Notes: generated from the letters alone by a model not told the origin. DNA of 32,000 nucleotides from an uncultured Acidobacteriaceae bacterium (GCA_963833015.1 CAWHWJ010000020.1:67891-99890); one strand, 5' to 3'; counted from the stretch's first letter, positions 18,839 to 27,484 are shown. Program-made: numbers and translations.

Positions 18839-20131
18839 TCAGTTGCCCCCGAGCGCCGCAGGGGCGGGCGTGTAAGGCTTAACGACGACCGGAATGCCTT
18901 CCTTCACCATCTCCGGCGGCGCGGCCGCTGCAAACATCAGTACGCGTTGAATACCTTCGACCACAACCTTCTCGCCGGGCTTCAGTCCCTCAGTGATGAT
19001 CCAGTTCGGGCCGACCCGATCTCCCACCTTGACCGGTCGAATCACTGCCCTGTTTTCAGGGTTGAGCACAATGACCTGGTATTGCGACTGCACTTCAATC
19101 ACGGCTGGTTGCGGGACCAGCAGCGCATTATCGTTATCGCCGACCCTGATCCGGATGCGGCCAAAGCCACCCGGACGAAGAGTAGCGCCCTTGTTGGGAA
19201 ACTCAGCGGCCATCTGGATGGTGCCCGTTCCTGTACCGACCTGCCGGTTCACATAGATGATCCTTCCCTTCTCGGGATAAGGAACGTCATTGGACTGGAT
19301 GAACTCAACCGGCATAGGCGGGCGCGAACCGCTGCCGAGCTTTCCAGTAATGAATGCCGTTACCTTTGGAGCAAATTCGAGAAAGAGGCTTTCGCTGGGG
19401 TTGAAGTATGCCCAGATTGGATTCACCTGTGAGACGGTCGCCATTTTCGTGGCGGTTCCGACCAGATCGCCAATCTGCGAATTGGATACGCCGGCAATGC
19501 CGTCTATGGGTGAGTAGACTTTTGTCCAGGCCAGATTCAGCTCTGCGTTCGCCAAATTGGCCTGCGCGGCTTGTACCTGCGACTTCATGGCTTCCTGATT
19601 GGTCAGATCGGTATCGAGATCCCTTTGCGCGATCGCCTTTTGAGCTGCCAGAGGAGTGTCGCGATTGACGTCGTTGGTCGCCTTGGCGAGATCGGCTTCG
19701 GCGATGCCTACCTGCGCCTTAGCCTGGTCCAATGCGGCCTCATATTGTCGCGGGTCGAGCGTAAAGAGAAGTTGGCCCTTCTTGACGAAGAAGCCGTTCT
19801 GATAATTCTGCTGGAGGAGGTATCCCTGTACTTTCGGAGTGATCTCGGCGTTCACGGGGCCGTTCAGCTGCGCGACCCACTCGCCGTAGATGGGAACGTT
19901 TTGCTGAGCGACAGGCGCTACCGTAACCTCGGGAGGACCTGGCTTCGGGCGCTCGGGTTCTTTTGCACAGCCGATGAGCGTTACGAATAGAAATATGCCG
20001 ACGGAGACCAGACTATGGAAAGCGCTGCTGGCTAATAGATTTGTTTGTCCACGTTGCTTCGACTTTGTTGCGGATGATCCATACGGGCGAGACTCGTGCG
20101 GGGTCTGCATTGACACACTCCTCATAGTCAC
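18839..20131 (-). CDS. RND efflux periplasmic adaptor (membrane fusion protein, HlyD/AcrA family) lipoprotein
   Basis: 430 aa with lipobox VTLIGC. It has the typical adaptor blocks (QVNPIWAYF, coiled-coil LDQAKAQVGIAEADLAKA). The stop is 2 nt before the permease start. The start could instead be M8 at 20110. Confidence 0.85.
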   Translation of the reverse strand: MTMRSVSMQTPHESRPYGSSATKSKQRGQTNLLASSAFHSLVSVGIFLFVTLIGCAKEPERPKPGPPEVTVAPVAQQNVPIYGEWVAQLNGPVNAEITPKVQGYLLQQNYQNGFFVKKGQLLFTLDPRQYEAALDQAKAQVGIAEADLAKATNDVNRDTPLAAQKAIAQRDLDTDLTNQEAMKSQVQAAQANLANAELNLAWTKVYSPIDGIAGVSNSQIGDLVGTATKMATVSQVNPIWAYFNPSESLFLEFAPKVTAFITGKLGSGSRPPMPVEFIQSNDVPYPEKGRIIYVNRQVGTGTGTIQMAAEFPNKGATLRPGGFGRIRIRVGDNDNALLVPQPAVIEVQSQYQVIVLNPENRAVIRPVKVGDRVGPNWIITEGLKPGEKVVVEGIQRVLMFAAAAPPEMVKEGIPVVVKPYTPAPAALGGN

Positions 20132-20414
20132 ACTTCTGAGGTGGCGACCCGCACTCGGTTCTTTTCACAACAACAAGTCGACAACTCAGGACATAGTCAC
20201 CAGACAGCGGCTTGACGCAGTCAAAGGTACGCCCGTATGCCTTGATCACAAACTGGCAGAAGTGACAGTTGCGCCCGTTTGCGACGATTGACGACGAGCG
20301 ATTCCTTGACTGCACGCGGAGCGCCACTATAGCAGATTTTTGAAGGACTGTTCAGATCTGCAGCGTGCTTCTTTTGGGAAGGTGTTTGGAGTGATCCAGG
20401 CGGGAGTTAGAGGA

Positions 20415-20506
20415 ATGGCGGAGAGGGAGGGATTCGAACCCCCGATACCCTTACGAGTATGCCTGATTTCGAGTCAGGTGCATTCAACCGGGCTCTGCCA
20501 CCTCTC
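20415..20506 (-). tRNA. tRNA-Ser (anticodon CGA), CCA encoded
   Basis: The reverse complement reads GGAGAGGTGGCAGAGCCCGGTTGAATGCACCTGACTCGAAATCAGGCATACTCGTAAGGGTATCGGGGGTTCGAATCCCTCCCTCTCCGCCA. It has a 7-bp acceptor stem, the anticodon arm CCTGA-CTCGAAA-TCAGG, a long variable arm and the T-loop TTCGAAT. Confidence 0.9.
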
Positions 20507-20512
20507 CGTGTT

Positions 20513-21649
20513 TTAAACCATTTTATTTCTGCTATTTACAGAGCACCCCTGTTTCGTTGGTTTTGCATGAAATGGGCTGGTGTCCGTTCTGGTGTCCCTT
20601 CCCTTGTCGGAGTTCACCAAGCGGTCCACTGCCGATGCCTGGTGTTCGGGAGCGAGATGGGAATAGCGCATGACCATCTGAAGCGTTCTGTGCCCGAGCA
20701 GCTCTGCCACCGTGCGCAGATCAACCCCGGCCATAACCAGTCTACTGGCAAAGGTATGCCGGTTGCAATGCCAGGTATACCCCTCGATCCCAGCCTCTTC
20801 GATCGCGGTGGGAAACCAGCCGCGCGATCCCTGAAGCGCATTCCCGCTGTGCACGGAAGGAAAAACCGGATCGGTCCCTCTCTGCCTTCCCGGGCCGTGT
20901 AACTGCTTCAAGGCTGTCAGAGCGATCGCGTTAAGAGGAATCGTACGGGGATTGCCGTTCTTGGTTTTAGGAAGGTGAATCTGCCGGCGGTCGAAATCCA
21001 CCTGGTTCCAGCGCAAGCCGTACTGTTCGCTCATCCGCATCCCAGTATGGACTGAAAGAAGGAGGTAAGGCAGAAACTCCGGGAAGCGGCTCTTGATGGC
21101 GGCTCTTAATCGAACCTCTTCTTCGTCGGACAGAAATCTGACTCGTCCAGTTCCCTCCGTCTTCCGCCGGATACGCGCCGCGGGATTCCGCTCAATCTTC
21201 TCGTTGTCGATGCCCACCCGAAAGATCAAAGAGAAAGTCGCCTGCCAACGATTCCGGCTACTTGCCGCCCAGTTCCTCTCCACGGACTGCTCCGTCAGCC
21301 ATGAAACAATCTCGTTCTTCCGGATGGAATCGGCTGGGCGGGAGCCGAATGCTGGAAGGAGCTGATTGATTCGCAAGCGAAGTTCGTAGGTCTGTTTGGC
21401 GCTGTTCTCAGCCTGACTGTGTATAAGTGCATCCTGGCAGAGCTCTTGGAAAGAGATAGCCTTTGCGCGGAGGTTCTCCGGCAGTTTCATCCCCTCAAGC
21501 TTCTGCGTATGACGTTTCGCCAGCAGCTTTTCCGCAACGCTGCGAGTCCCAGCCTTTTCGCGGCGCTTTCTTCCGTCCGCATCGGTCCAGCGAATCCACC
21601 AGATCCCGCTTCCCTTCTCTCTTTCAAAAACTCCACGCTTTGGTGCCAT
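20513..21649 (-). CDS. Tyrosine-type site-specific recombinase / phage integrase
   Basis: 378 aa. The N-terminal arm/SAM-like region is GIWWIRWTDADGRKRREKAG. The catalytic region is HTGMRMSE..WHCNRHTFASRLVMAGVDLRTVAELLGHRTLQMVMRYSHL. The stop codon is 6 nt from the tRNA-Ser 5' end. Confidence 0.9.
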   Translation of the reverse strand: MAPKRGVFEREKGSGIWWIRWTDADGRKRREKAGTRSVAEKLLAKRHTQKLEGMKLPENLRAKAISFQELCQDALIHSQAENSAKQTYELRLRINQLLPAFGSRPADSIRKNEIVSWLTEQSVERNWAASSRNRWQATFSLIFRVGIDNEKIERNPAARIRRKTEGTGRVRFLSDEEEVRLRAAIKSRFPEFLPYLLLSVHTGMRMSEQYGLRWNQVDFDRRQIHLPKTKNGNPRTIPLNAIALTALKQLHGPGRQRGTDPVFPSVHSGNALQGSRGWFPTAIEEAGIEGYTWHCNRHTFASRLVMAGVDLRTVAELLGHRTLQMVMRYSHLAPEHQASAVDRLVNSDKGRDTRTDTSPFHAKPTKQGCSVNSRNKMV

Positions 21650-21714
21650 GCCGCTAACCTACTGCACCGGATTCTCATTTTCAATAGTCAGGCGCATCAA
21701 CAAATTCCCGGTAA

Positions 21715-21895
21715 CGAGGCCTTGAACGCTTTCTGCAATGGGCTTTCTTCGACGGCGAAGGAATCATCACTGAAAACAGTCGTGAGGAGCAGCGCAAGGC
21801 GATCAAGTACAACCATCTCGTGGCCAACTGCCTGATCTTTCATAATCTGTGCTCGCTGACCTGGCTCGTTCGGGAACCTGGAGCAACACGGCGAA
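21715..21895 (+). pseudogene. Tn3-family transposase C-terminal fragment (~55 codons)
   Basis: My own translation of this frame gives RGLERFLQWAFFDGEGIITENSREEQRKAIKYNHLVANCLIFHNLCSLTWLVRE. It resembles the conserved Tn3 TnpA C-terminal block (..FF.r.GeI..r..e.Q......nL..naI..wN). It is truncated at both ends. Confidence 0.45.
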
Positions 21896-21898
21896 TTT

Positions 21899-22096
21899 AT
21901 GCTTCGCAGAGTGAACAACAGCGGCGACACCAGCTGGCACAAAGGCAGGGTATTCATCAGCGAGGTTTTTCGATTTGAGATTCTCGGCTTCGAGCAAGTC
22001 GACGAAGACTTCTACAAGGTCTATTTTCGGGATGTTGAGATTGGTGAGTTTGACGCGGAAGCGCTTCGCTTCCGTCCGGTTCAGGTCATGCGATGA
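21899..22096 (+). pseudogene. IS481/IS3-type DDE transposase C-terminal fragment
   Basis: RRVNNSGDTSWHKGRVFISEVFRFEILGFEQVDEDFYKVYFRDVEIGEFDAEALRFRP matches the typical C-terminal tail of IS481-family integrase-core transposases (R.V..nG.i.w.g..lfiS.aL.Ge.vGleevddg.w.VyF). No catalytic core is present upstream. Confidence 0.5.
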
Positions 22097-22156
22097 ATCG
22101 ATGTTCGGAGTCAATTGACGCGGTAGGGACGATCCTCACGGATCGCCCCCCGCACA

Positions 22157-22188
22157 GATCCGCACAGGCGCGTCTACGCATGCGGCTC
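22157..22188 (-). ncRNA. Group II intron domain V candidate
   Basis: GAGCCGCAUGCGUAGACGCGCCUGUGCGGAUC folds like canonical domain V. It has a 9-bp lower stem, a 2-nt bulge (CU), a 4-bp upper stem and a tetraloop. The catalytic AGC triad is present, but its G faces an A rather than the usual U. Confidence 0.6.
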
Positions 22189-23751
22189 TTATGAAGAATG
22201 GGTGGCGTAAAAGCGGGCGTCGGGATAGGGGTGAAGAACACAGGGTGGTGGTATCCACCGTTCAAGGACCGGAGTAAACTTCTCCCACTTCTTCTTCGCG
22301 CGTTGACTACGACGAACCAGTACATTACGCCATAGTCGATTGACGCGTTGTCTGAAGATGCGCAGCTGATCGATGTTGCCGGGGACAGCATGGTATTGGT
22401 AGTAGCCGGTGACCACCTTCCGAAGCCATTCACCGACCTGACTGGTGCGATCGTGCTTGCGGCGTTGAAGCTCAGCCTTGATGGCTTTCAGCTTCGCAAC
22501 CATGCGCTTCTTCGCAGTGATCCGCCAGACGGTGAAGGTCTCGGTCTTGTGGCGTTGCCCACTGTAGTGGGTGAACCCCAAGAAGTTGAAGGTCTCCGGT
22601 TTCCCTTCCCCACGCTGCTTCCGGTCACGGGCCGCATAGCGCCCGAACTCGATCAGCCGGGTCTTATCCGGGTGTAGTTCCAAGCCGAACTTTGCCAGCC
22701 GTTCCTTGAACTCTTCGAGGAACCGCACAGCATCAGCCCGCTGCTGAAAACCCAGCACAAGATCGTCGGCGTAGCGAACGATGATGACATCGCCCTTGGC
22801 CACTTTCCTGCGCCAGACGTCAGCCCACAGATCGAAGAGGTAATGCAGGTAAACGTTAGCGATCAGCGGTGAAGCCACTGATCCCTGCGGCGTACCCTTA
22901 TTTGTCTCCGACCACTGGCCGTCTTCCGATACTCCCGCCTTTAACCATTTCCGGATCAGGCGAAGTATCCTTCGATCGGCCACCCGATGCTCGATGAACT
23001 TTAAGGCCCATTCGTGACTCAAGTTATCGAAGAAGCCTAAAACGTCCGCATCGAGTATCCAGTTCACCTTCTTCCGTTGGATGCCCACCGTCAGAGCATC
23101 AAGCGCCTGATGCGGGCTGCGGCCCGGACGGAACCCGTAGGAGAAGCCCTTGAAGTCGACCTCATATATCTGATTGAGGATCGTCACCACGGCCTGTTGG
23201 ACGATCTTGTCCTCCACAGCCGCGATGCCCAGCGGACGTTGTCGTCCGTCAGCCTTCGGTATATAGACTCGCCTTGAAGGTTGGGCCCGGTACGCTCCAC
23301 GATGAACCCGGCCGTGAAGATCGACCAATCGATCTTCCAGACCGGTTTCATACTCCTGCCATGTCACGCCGTCTACCCCCGGTGAGGCCTTACGCTGAAG
23401 CACGTAAAAGCTGTCGCGGAGTAAATCAATGTTCAGGTGGTGGAGCAAGGAAGTGAACCGTTCCTGCTTTCTTTCCTTTGCTGCTTTTCGCACACCGTCC
23501 AGTTCCTGGGACATGCGTTTCCCGCTCTGTGTCGGGAGCATGTTTGACTGTGCGATGTTCTCCTTCATCTGCGCCCTTCCCTCCCCAACCTCCGCAGTAG
23601 CTTTTGCTTCCTTGTTCGGCTGGTTCACAGGTACTAAAACGCAGTCCGACTTCTCCAACACGTGCATGTCCGCATTGCGGCTTGCGGCCTTCGCGGACCG
23701 GCCTTGGTCGTTAGACCAAGGCGTGCTGGAGATCTCCCGGTTCTCGTGCAT
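22189..23751 (-). CDS. Group II intron reverse transcriptase/maturase (no obvious En domain)
   Basis: 520 aa with RT motifs: ..ASPGVDGVTWQEY.., RRVYIPKADGRQRPLGIAAVEDKIVQ, GTPQGSVASPLIANVYL, IVRYADDLVLGF. The maturase/X region and the C-terminus ..IPPPCVLHPYPDARF are typical of bacterial intron-encoded proteins. The true start may be an internal Met. Confidence 0.9.
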   Translation of the reverse strand: MHENREISSTPWSNDQGRSAKAASRNADMHVLEKSDCVLVPVNQPNKEAKATAEVGEGRAQMKENIAQSNMLPTQSGKRMSQELDGVRKAAKERKQERFTSLLHHLNIDLLRDSFYVLQRKASPGVDGVTWQEYETGLEDRLVDLHGRVHRGAYRAQPSRRVYIPKADGRQRPLGIAAVEDKIVQQAVVTILNQIYEVDFKGFSYGFRPGRSPHQALDALTVGIQRKKVNWILDADVLGFFDNLSHEWALKFIEHRVADRRILRLIRKWLKAGVSEDGQWSETNKGTPQGSVASPLIANVYLHYLFDLWADVWRRKVAKGDVIIVRYADDLVLGFQQRADAVRFLEEFKERLAKFGLELHPDKTRLIEFGRYAARDRKQRGEGKPETFNFLGFTHYSGQRHKTETFTVWRITAKKRMVAKLKAIKAELQRRKHDRTSQVGEWLRKVVTGYYQYHAVPGNIDQLRIFRQRVNRLWRNVLVRRSQRAKKKWEKFTPVLERWIPPPCVLHPYPDARFYATHSS

Positions 23752-24339
23752 GTTGTTTTATCAGCGTGCGCGGGTTCTTAGACTACGCAGGACCGGACAG
23801 CCACTCGCGTGTAACGCAGCCGCCGTATTGCCTTCCTCCAACTCGGAAGAGAGTCGGCATCCTGATCTTCCGGCTTTTCGAAGCTCAATAGCCCGGCCCA
23901 CCAATACCCCTATCTACGCTTCAAGTGACACCTCGCGATGTCCCCAACAAGACTCGGGGTCAGGATGGATTCGCTACTTCCTTTCCTGCAGGGGACTTGC
24001 ACCCCCTACAACATGCCGGTTTATCCCGGCGCTCTCCGACTAGCCGGTGTTTTCGGCCAAGTGGATCGGAATCGAGTTGAATCGTCGTGCGGAAACCCGT
24101 CAATTGCGCCTCAGAAGACAACCTTTAAGGGCCGATTTTGTTAGCAGAACCGGCTGCTCCCATTGCAGTCGCGATTAACAATTGATCAGTTGCGCGCACG
24201 ACGTAGACGCTGGTTTCTCTCAGCAGGCGTTGCCGGCTGCGTTCCTAGTTCAAGTCTGTTGCTCACGCTGATACCGCCGCCTCAATCCGCGGACCAGAAC
24301 CATCACCGCTGGGCACACCGATAACCCGAAAGCTGAAAC

Positions 24340-24372
24340 TTCGATGATCGAATTCCAGCCGGTTCTGCGCAA
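24340..24372 (+). promoter_or_regulatory. Bipartite motif copy A: TTCGATGATCGAA palindrome / TGATCGA-N16-GCGCAA
   Basis: TGATCG at 24345-24350, a 16-nt spacer, then GCGCAA at 24367-24372. The ATG at 24396 follows with a 23-nt gap and GGAG as ribosome-binding site. Confidence 0.6.
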
Positions 24373-24395
24373 TCCCCGTTAGAAGGAGAAACTGT

Positions 24396-24524
24396 ATGGG
24401 TTTCAGACCATCCACCCTCAATTCCGTTCGCAACATCATGTGCCCAAACTGTACCGACGCGACGGCCGCAAGCGTTGCAGACGGATACGACTATAGTCAC
24501 CCCGTTGGCAGTCCTGTGACATAG
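24396..24524 (+). CDS. Small hypothetical protein (42 aa, CxxC) downstream of motif copy A
   Basis: MGFRPSTLNSVRNIMCPNCTDATAASVADGYDYSHPVGSPVT. It has a good ribosome-binding site (AGAAGGAGAA) and the same motif-to-ATG spacing as two clear genes. It is too short for the ORF track, so this is my own translation. Confidence 0.35.
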   Translation: MGFRPSTLNSVRNIMCPNCTDATAASVADGYDYSHPVGSPVT

Positions 24525-24745
24525 CGCGACAAGGGATTGGATGCTGCACAGTTCGACGGATTGCTCACAGACTATGACCGTATACTGCTCCGATTCGGTA
24601 TGCACATCTTGTGGCAGCTCTAGGCGACAGATGCCGAGGAAGCCAGAAATAGTGTGCTTTCTGATCTCATGGTCGAGCAAAAGAAGGCACGATCCGCGTT
24701 ACACCAACATGCCGTCATAGAAAACGACGAAACAGGGGGTAGTAG

Positions 24746-26122
24746 ATGACAACGATAAACATGGCCACCCAATCCGCATTGGCCGCGGCGCACGATCTGC
24801 GTGCGGTGATGCAAGGTAAGGTCGTATTGGCAGGCGAGAACGCCTACCATCACGTTCAGCGGATTTGGAACGGCGCCGTCGACCATCGGCCGGCAGTCTT
24901 TGCACTCTGTGAGAACGTCGCAGACGTTCAGGCTTCTGTGCGCATTGCTCGCGCTCACAACCTTCCCCTATCAGCACGCGGGGGCGGACACGACTGGGCG
25001 GGCCGCGCTTTGCGACACGGCGGTCTCGTGATTGACCTGACTTGCATGCGCCACGTTGAGGTGGACGCAGCAGCAAAGATTGCGACAGTTGCCGGCGGCG
25101 CTACGGGCACGGATGTGAGTGCTGCTGTTACTCCACACGGATTGGCAGCCGTGACCGGCAACGTCGGAGCCGTTGGCATGGCCGGCTTTCTCCTCGCCGG
25201 AGGATATGGGCCGCTCACCACAAGATTTGGACTAGCCGTCGATAACCTGCTCGGCGCTGAGCTCGTGCTCGCCGATGGCCGTATTGTTTGGGCGGATGCA
25301 TCGCAAAACAGCGACTTGTTCTGGGCCATTCTAGGCGGCGGCGGTAATTTCGGTGTGGTCACCTCGATGCGTATTCGTCTCCATCCGGTAAGTGAGATCC
25401 TGGCGGGTATCATTCTGTTTCCCTGGTCAGAGGCCCGGTCGGTGCTGCGCGGCTACGGAGAGATGATGGCTTCTGCTCCCGACGAACTCTCGATGCTGGC
25501 GGGAGCCCTTCCTGGGCCGGACGGCAGCCCGGTCATATTCCTTGGGCCCATATGGAGCGGTCGACATGAAGAGCGTGAAAGGGTCATCGCCCAGTTGCAG
25601 AGCCTCGGCACACCCATTCTGACGCAGATTGCACCGATGACCTATTCCAATCTACTCGGCATCTATGACGCGCAAGTGATCAACGGTCGCCACTACACGC
25701 TCCAGACGCGCTGGCTTGCCGATCTCACGCCGGAGATCATTTCTGCCATAGCTGAAGCGGGCGCGGCGCGGACGTCAAACCTTTCCTTCATCGCGCTGCA
25801 CCACTTCCACGGCGCGGGCACGCGAGTGGCTCCTGATGCAACAGCGTTCGGCATGCGTCGAAAGCACTTCATGATCGAGATCGTTGCGGCATGGGAGCCA
25901 AGCTCGAAGGACGAAGCCGCCGTTCACCGGCAGTGGGTCTCTGATCTGTCCTCGGTCCTTGCGCCGCTCGCGCTGCCCGGCGGCTACGCCAACTTCCTCA
26001 CGCGGGATGATCATGAGCAGATCGGCTCTGCATACGGAAACAACGCACGCCGCCTGAGCACCCTCAAGCGACAGTTCGATCCCGACAATATCTTCTCATC
26101 GACGACGCCGCTGCCGGTCTGA
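24746..26122 (+). CDS. FAD-linked oxidase (FAD_binding_4 plus BBE/berberine-bridge-like C-terminus)
   Basis: 458 aa. Motifs: PAVFALCENVADVQASVRIARAHNLPLSARGGGHDWAGRA, GLAAVTGNVGAVGMAGFLLAGGYGPLTTRFGLAVDNLLGAELVLADG, DLFWAILGGGGNFGVVT. The C-terminus LKRQFDPDNIFS is typical. Confidence 0.9.
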   Translation: MTTINMATQSALAAAHDLRAVMQGKVVLAGENAYHHVQRIWNGAVDHRPAVFALCENVADVQASVRIARAHNLPLSARGGGHDWAGRALRHGGLVIDLTCMRHVEVDAAAKIATVAGGATGTDVSAAVTPHGLAAVTGNVGAVGMAGFLLAGGYGPLTTRFGLAVDNLLGAELVLADGRIVWADASQNSDLFWAILGGGGNFGVVTSMRIRLHPVSEILAGIILFPWSEARSVLRGYGEMMASAPDELSMLAGALPGPDGSPVIFLGPIWSGRHEERERVIAQLQSLGTPILTQIAPMTYSNLLGIYDAQVINGRHYTLQTRWLADLTPEIISAIAEAGAARTSNLSFIALHHFHGAGTRVAPDATAFGMRRKHFMIEIVAAWEPSSKDEAAVHRQWVSDLSSVLAPLALPGGYANFLTRDDHEQIGSAYGNNARRLSTLKRQFDPDNIFSSTTPLPV

Positions 26123-26163
26123 ATCAGCAAGTCCGAACCCAGACTGCCTGCGAACCTCAATGA

Positions 26164-26289
26164 TTGAGTTCCGGCGTGTATGAGCACCTGACCGAGCACG
26201 ACATCCGAGCCATCTATGAGTACCTCAGCGCAGTGCCCTGCATCGAAGGGCCACCCGCACTGAGCGTACTGCATAACGACTGTCAATGA
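26164..26289 (+). pseudogene. Possible 3' remnant of a cytochrome-c-like gene
   Basis: My own translation gives ..VYEHLTEHDIRAIYEYLSAVPCIEGPPALSVLHNDCQ*. It resembles C-terminal tails (..D..AIYeYL.aiPc..G) that I recall from c-type cytochrome-like proteins. There is no upstream coding partner. Confidence 0.25.
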
Positions 26290-26304
26290 CGGAGAACAAT
26301 CACA

Positions 26305-27174
26305 ATGAACATCAATCAACTCCAATGCGATGCTGAAGCGGCCACCGTGCGCGCTTCTGTCGAAAACTACGTTTTGGGGAACAGCGCGCAGGAGCAAACG
26401 CGCCTTAAGCTCCAAGCAAAGTTTCTTGAAAGATGGACCGAACAATTCCTGTTGTCGGCTGGTCTCGAGCCCGGCATGCGGGTGCTCGACCTCGGTTGTG
26501 GAATGGGCGACGTGTCGCTGCTCGCCGCCAGGCTAGTTGGCGACACAGGACATGTAACGAGCATCGATCGCGATGCCGTAGTGATTGAAAAGGCTCGCGA
26601 GCGGGCATGTCTTGAGAGCCGCGGCGCGGACATGGAATTCATTGAGAGTAATCTCCTTGATTTTCACGGAACCCGGGACTTTGATGCGGTGATCGGGCGA
26701 TATGTTTTGCTCTATCAACCTGATCCCGCCGCGGCCATTTCTCACGCAGCAGAGCAGGTGCGTTCAGGAGGGATTGTTGTCTTTCACGAAATGGACTTTG
26801 GAAACCAGTCAAAAAGCTACCCGGACAAAACCCTTTTCGGAACCCTGCAATTGCTGGTTGCCGAAACGTTCCGCCGCGCGGGCGTCTGGACGGATCTTGG
26901 CTTACACCTGACACGCCTCTTTCTTGAGGCCGGGCTCCCATGGCCTACAATCAAAGCCGAAGTTCCCGTGGGCGGAGAGCCCGGCTCGTTCATTTACCAA
27001 TGGATGACCGAGACCGTGCGGAGCCTGCTGCCGCGCATGGAGCAGTTCGGTCTGGCAAATACCGGTGAACTCGCGATCGACACCCTGGTGGCACGAATGG
27101 ATGCGGAAGCAGCCGTCTTCAGGAGTCAGATTTTGGGCCCTCTCCAGTTTGGGGCATGGAGCAGGAAACCTTGA
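26305..27174 (+). CDS. Class I SAM-dependent methyltransferase
   Basis: 289 aa. Motif I is RVLDLGCGMGDVS, followed by the post-I acidic residue (SIDRD) and motif II/III-like DAVIGRYVLLY..GGIVVFHE. Confidence 0.85.
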   Translation: MNINQLQCDAEAATVRASVENYVLGNSAQEQTRLKLQAKFLERWTEQFLLSAGLEPGMRVLDLGCGMGDVSLLAARLVGDTGHVTSIDRDAVVIEKARERACLESRGADMEFIESNLLDFHGTRDFDAVIGRYVLLYQPDPAAAISHAAEQVRSGGIVVFHEMDFGNQSKSYPDKTLFGTLQLLVAETFRRAGVWTDLGLHLTRLFLEAGLPWPTIKAEVPVGGEPGSFIYQWMTETVRSLLPRMEQFGLANTGELAIDTLVARMDAEAAVFRSQILGPLQFGAWSRKP

Positions 27175-27484
27175 CAGGGCGCCAACGCGCGCATTCCGCC
27201 GTCTGTATCGAGCGGCAATGGGCCGTGAAGGAGCGACAAGAGCAGGAAAAGTATCGGCAAACGGGGATGGAGCCCGGAAAGCTCTCGGTTGATGTCAAAA
27301 TGCATTCACCGGCAGTGGAACCCAAGCCACATGCCGTGTAGTCCGCATCTCGGACAAGTGGTTCCTGTTCCCAAAACGGGCCTTCGCGGTGATTGTGACT
27401 TTGTGAAACGCGTTTCCAAAGTAGACCATGGAAATGACAGAGTATGGAAAGCCAAGAAGCCGGCTTTCCACCCTTCCCACACTC

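Larger units (their letters stand above)
22114..24199 (-). mobile_element. Group II intron (ribozyme plus intron-encoded RT/maturase)
   Basis: On the minus strand the 5' end reads GTGCGCGCAAC starting at 24199 (GUGYG consensus). A domain V-like 32-nt hairpin lies immediately after the ORF stop (22157-22188). It is followed by a domain VI-like stem with a GUGA tetraloop and a bulged A at 22124. The exact 3' end is uncertain (22114 to 22123). Confidence 0.8.

Noticed and set aside
20013-20327. 104-aa minus-strand ORF with CHFC...CGSPPQKC upstream of and overlapping the adaptor gene (possible small zinc-ribbon regulator)
   Set aside because: It overlaps the adaptor start by about 115 nt in another frame. 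It has no recognisable domain or ribosome-binding site that I can defend, so it is more likely promoter/leader DNA of the RND operon.
22189-23751. Reverse transcriptase as a retron, DRT or Abi-type defence RT
   Set aside because: The ORF is embedded between a GUGCG 5' end and domain V/VI-like structures. It also carries a maturase-type C-terminus. It is a group II intron-encoded protein, not a stand-alone defence RT.
24143-24368. 13-nt perfect inverted repeat (GCAGAACCGGCTG at 24143 inside intron domain I and CAGCCGGTTCTGC at 24356 inside motif copy A), possibly an exon-intron pairing
   Set aside because: It is not at the IBS/EBS positions, since the exon copy lies about 160 nt from the splice site. 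My estimate is that about 15 exact 13-mer matches are expected by chance in a 32-kb window when both strands are counted. I cannot separate it from coincidence.
24340-24372. Sigma-54 (-24/-12) or EcfG (GGAAC-N16-CGTT) reading of the recurrent motif
   Set aside because: GG/GC dinucleotides are not at the required 10-nt offset. The GAATT...CGTT spacing in copy A is 22 nt and is not conserved in the other copies.
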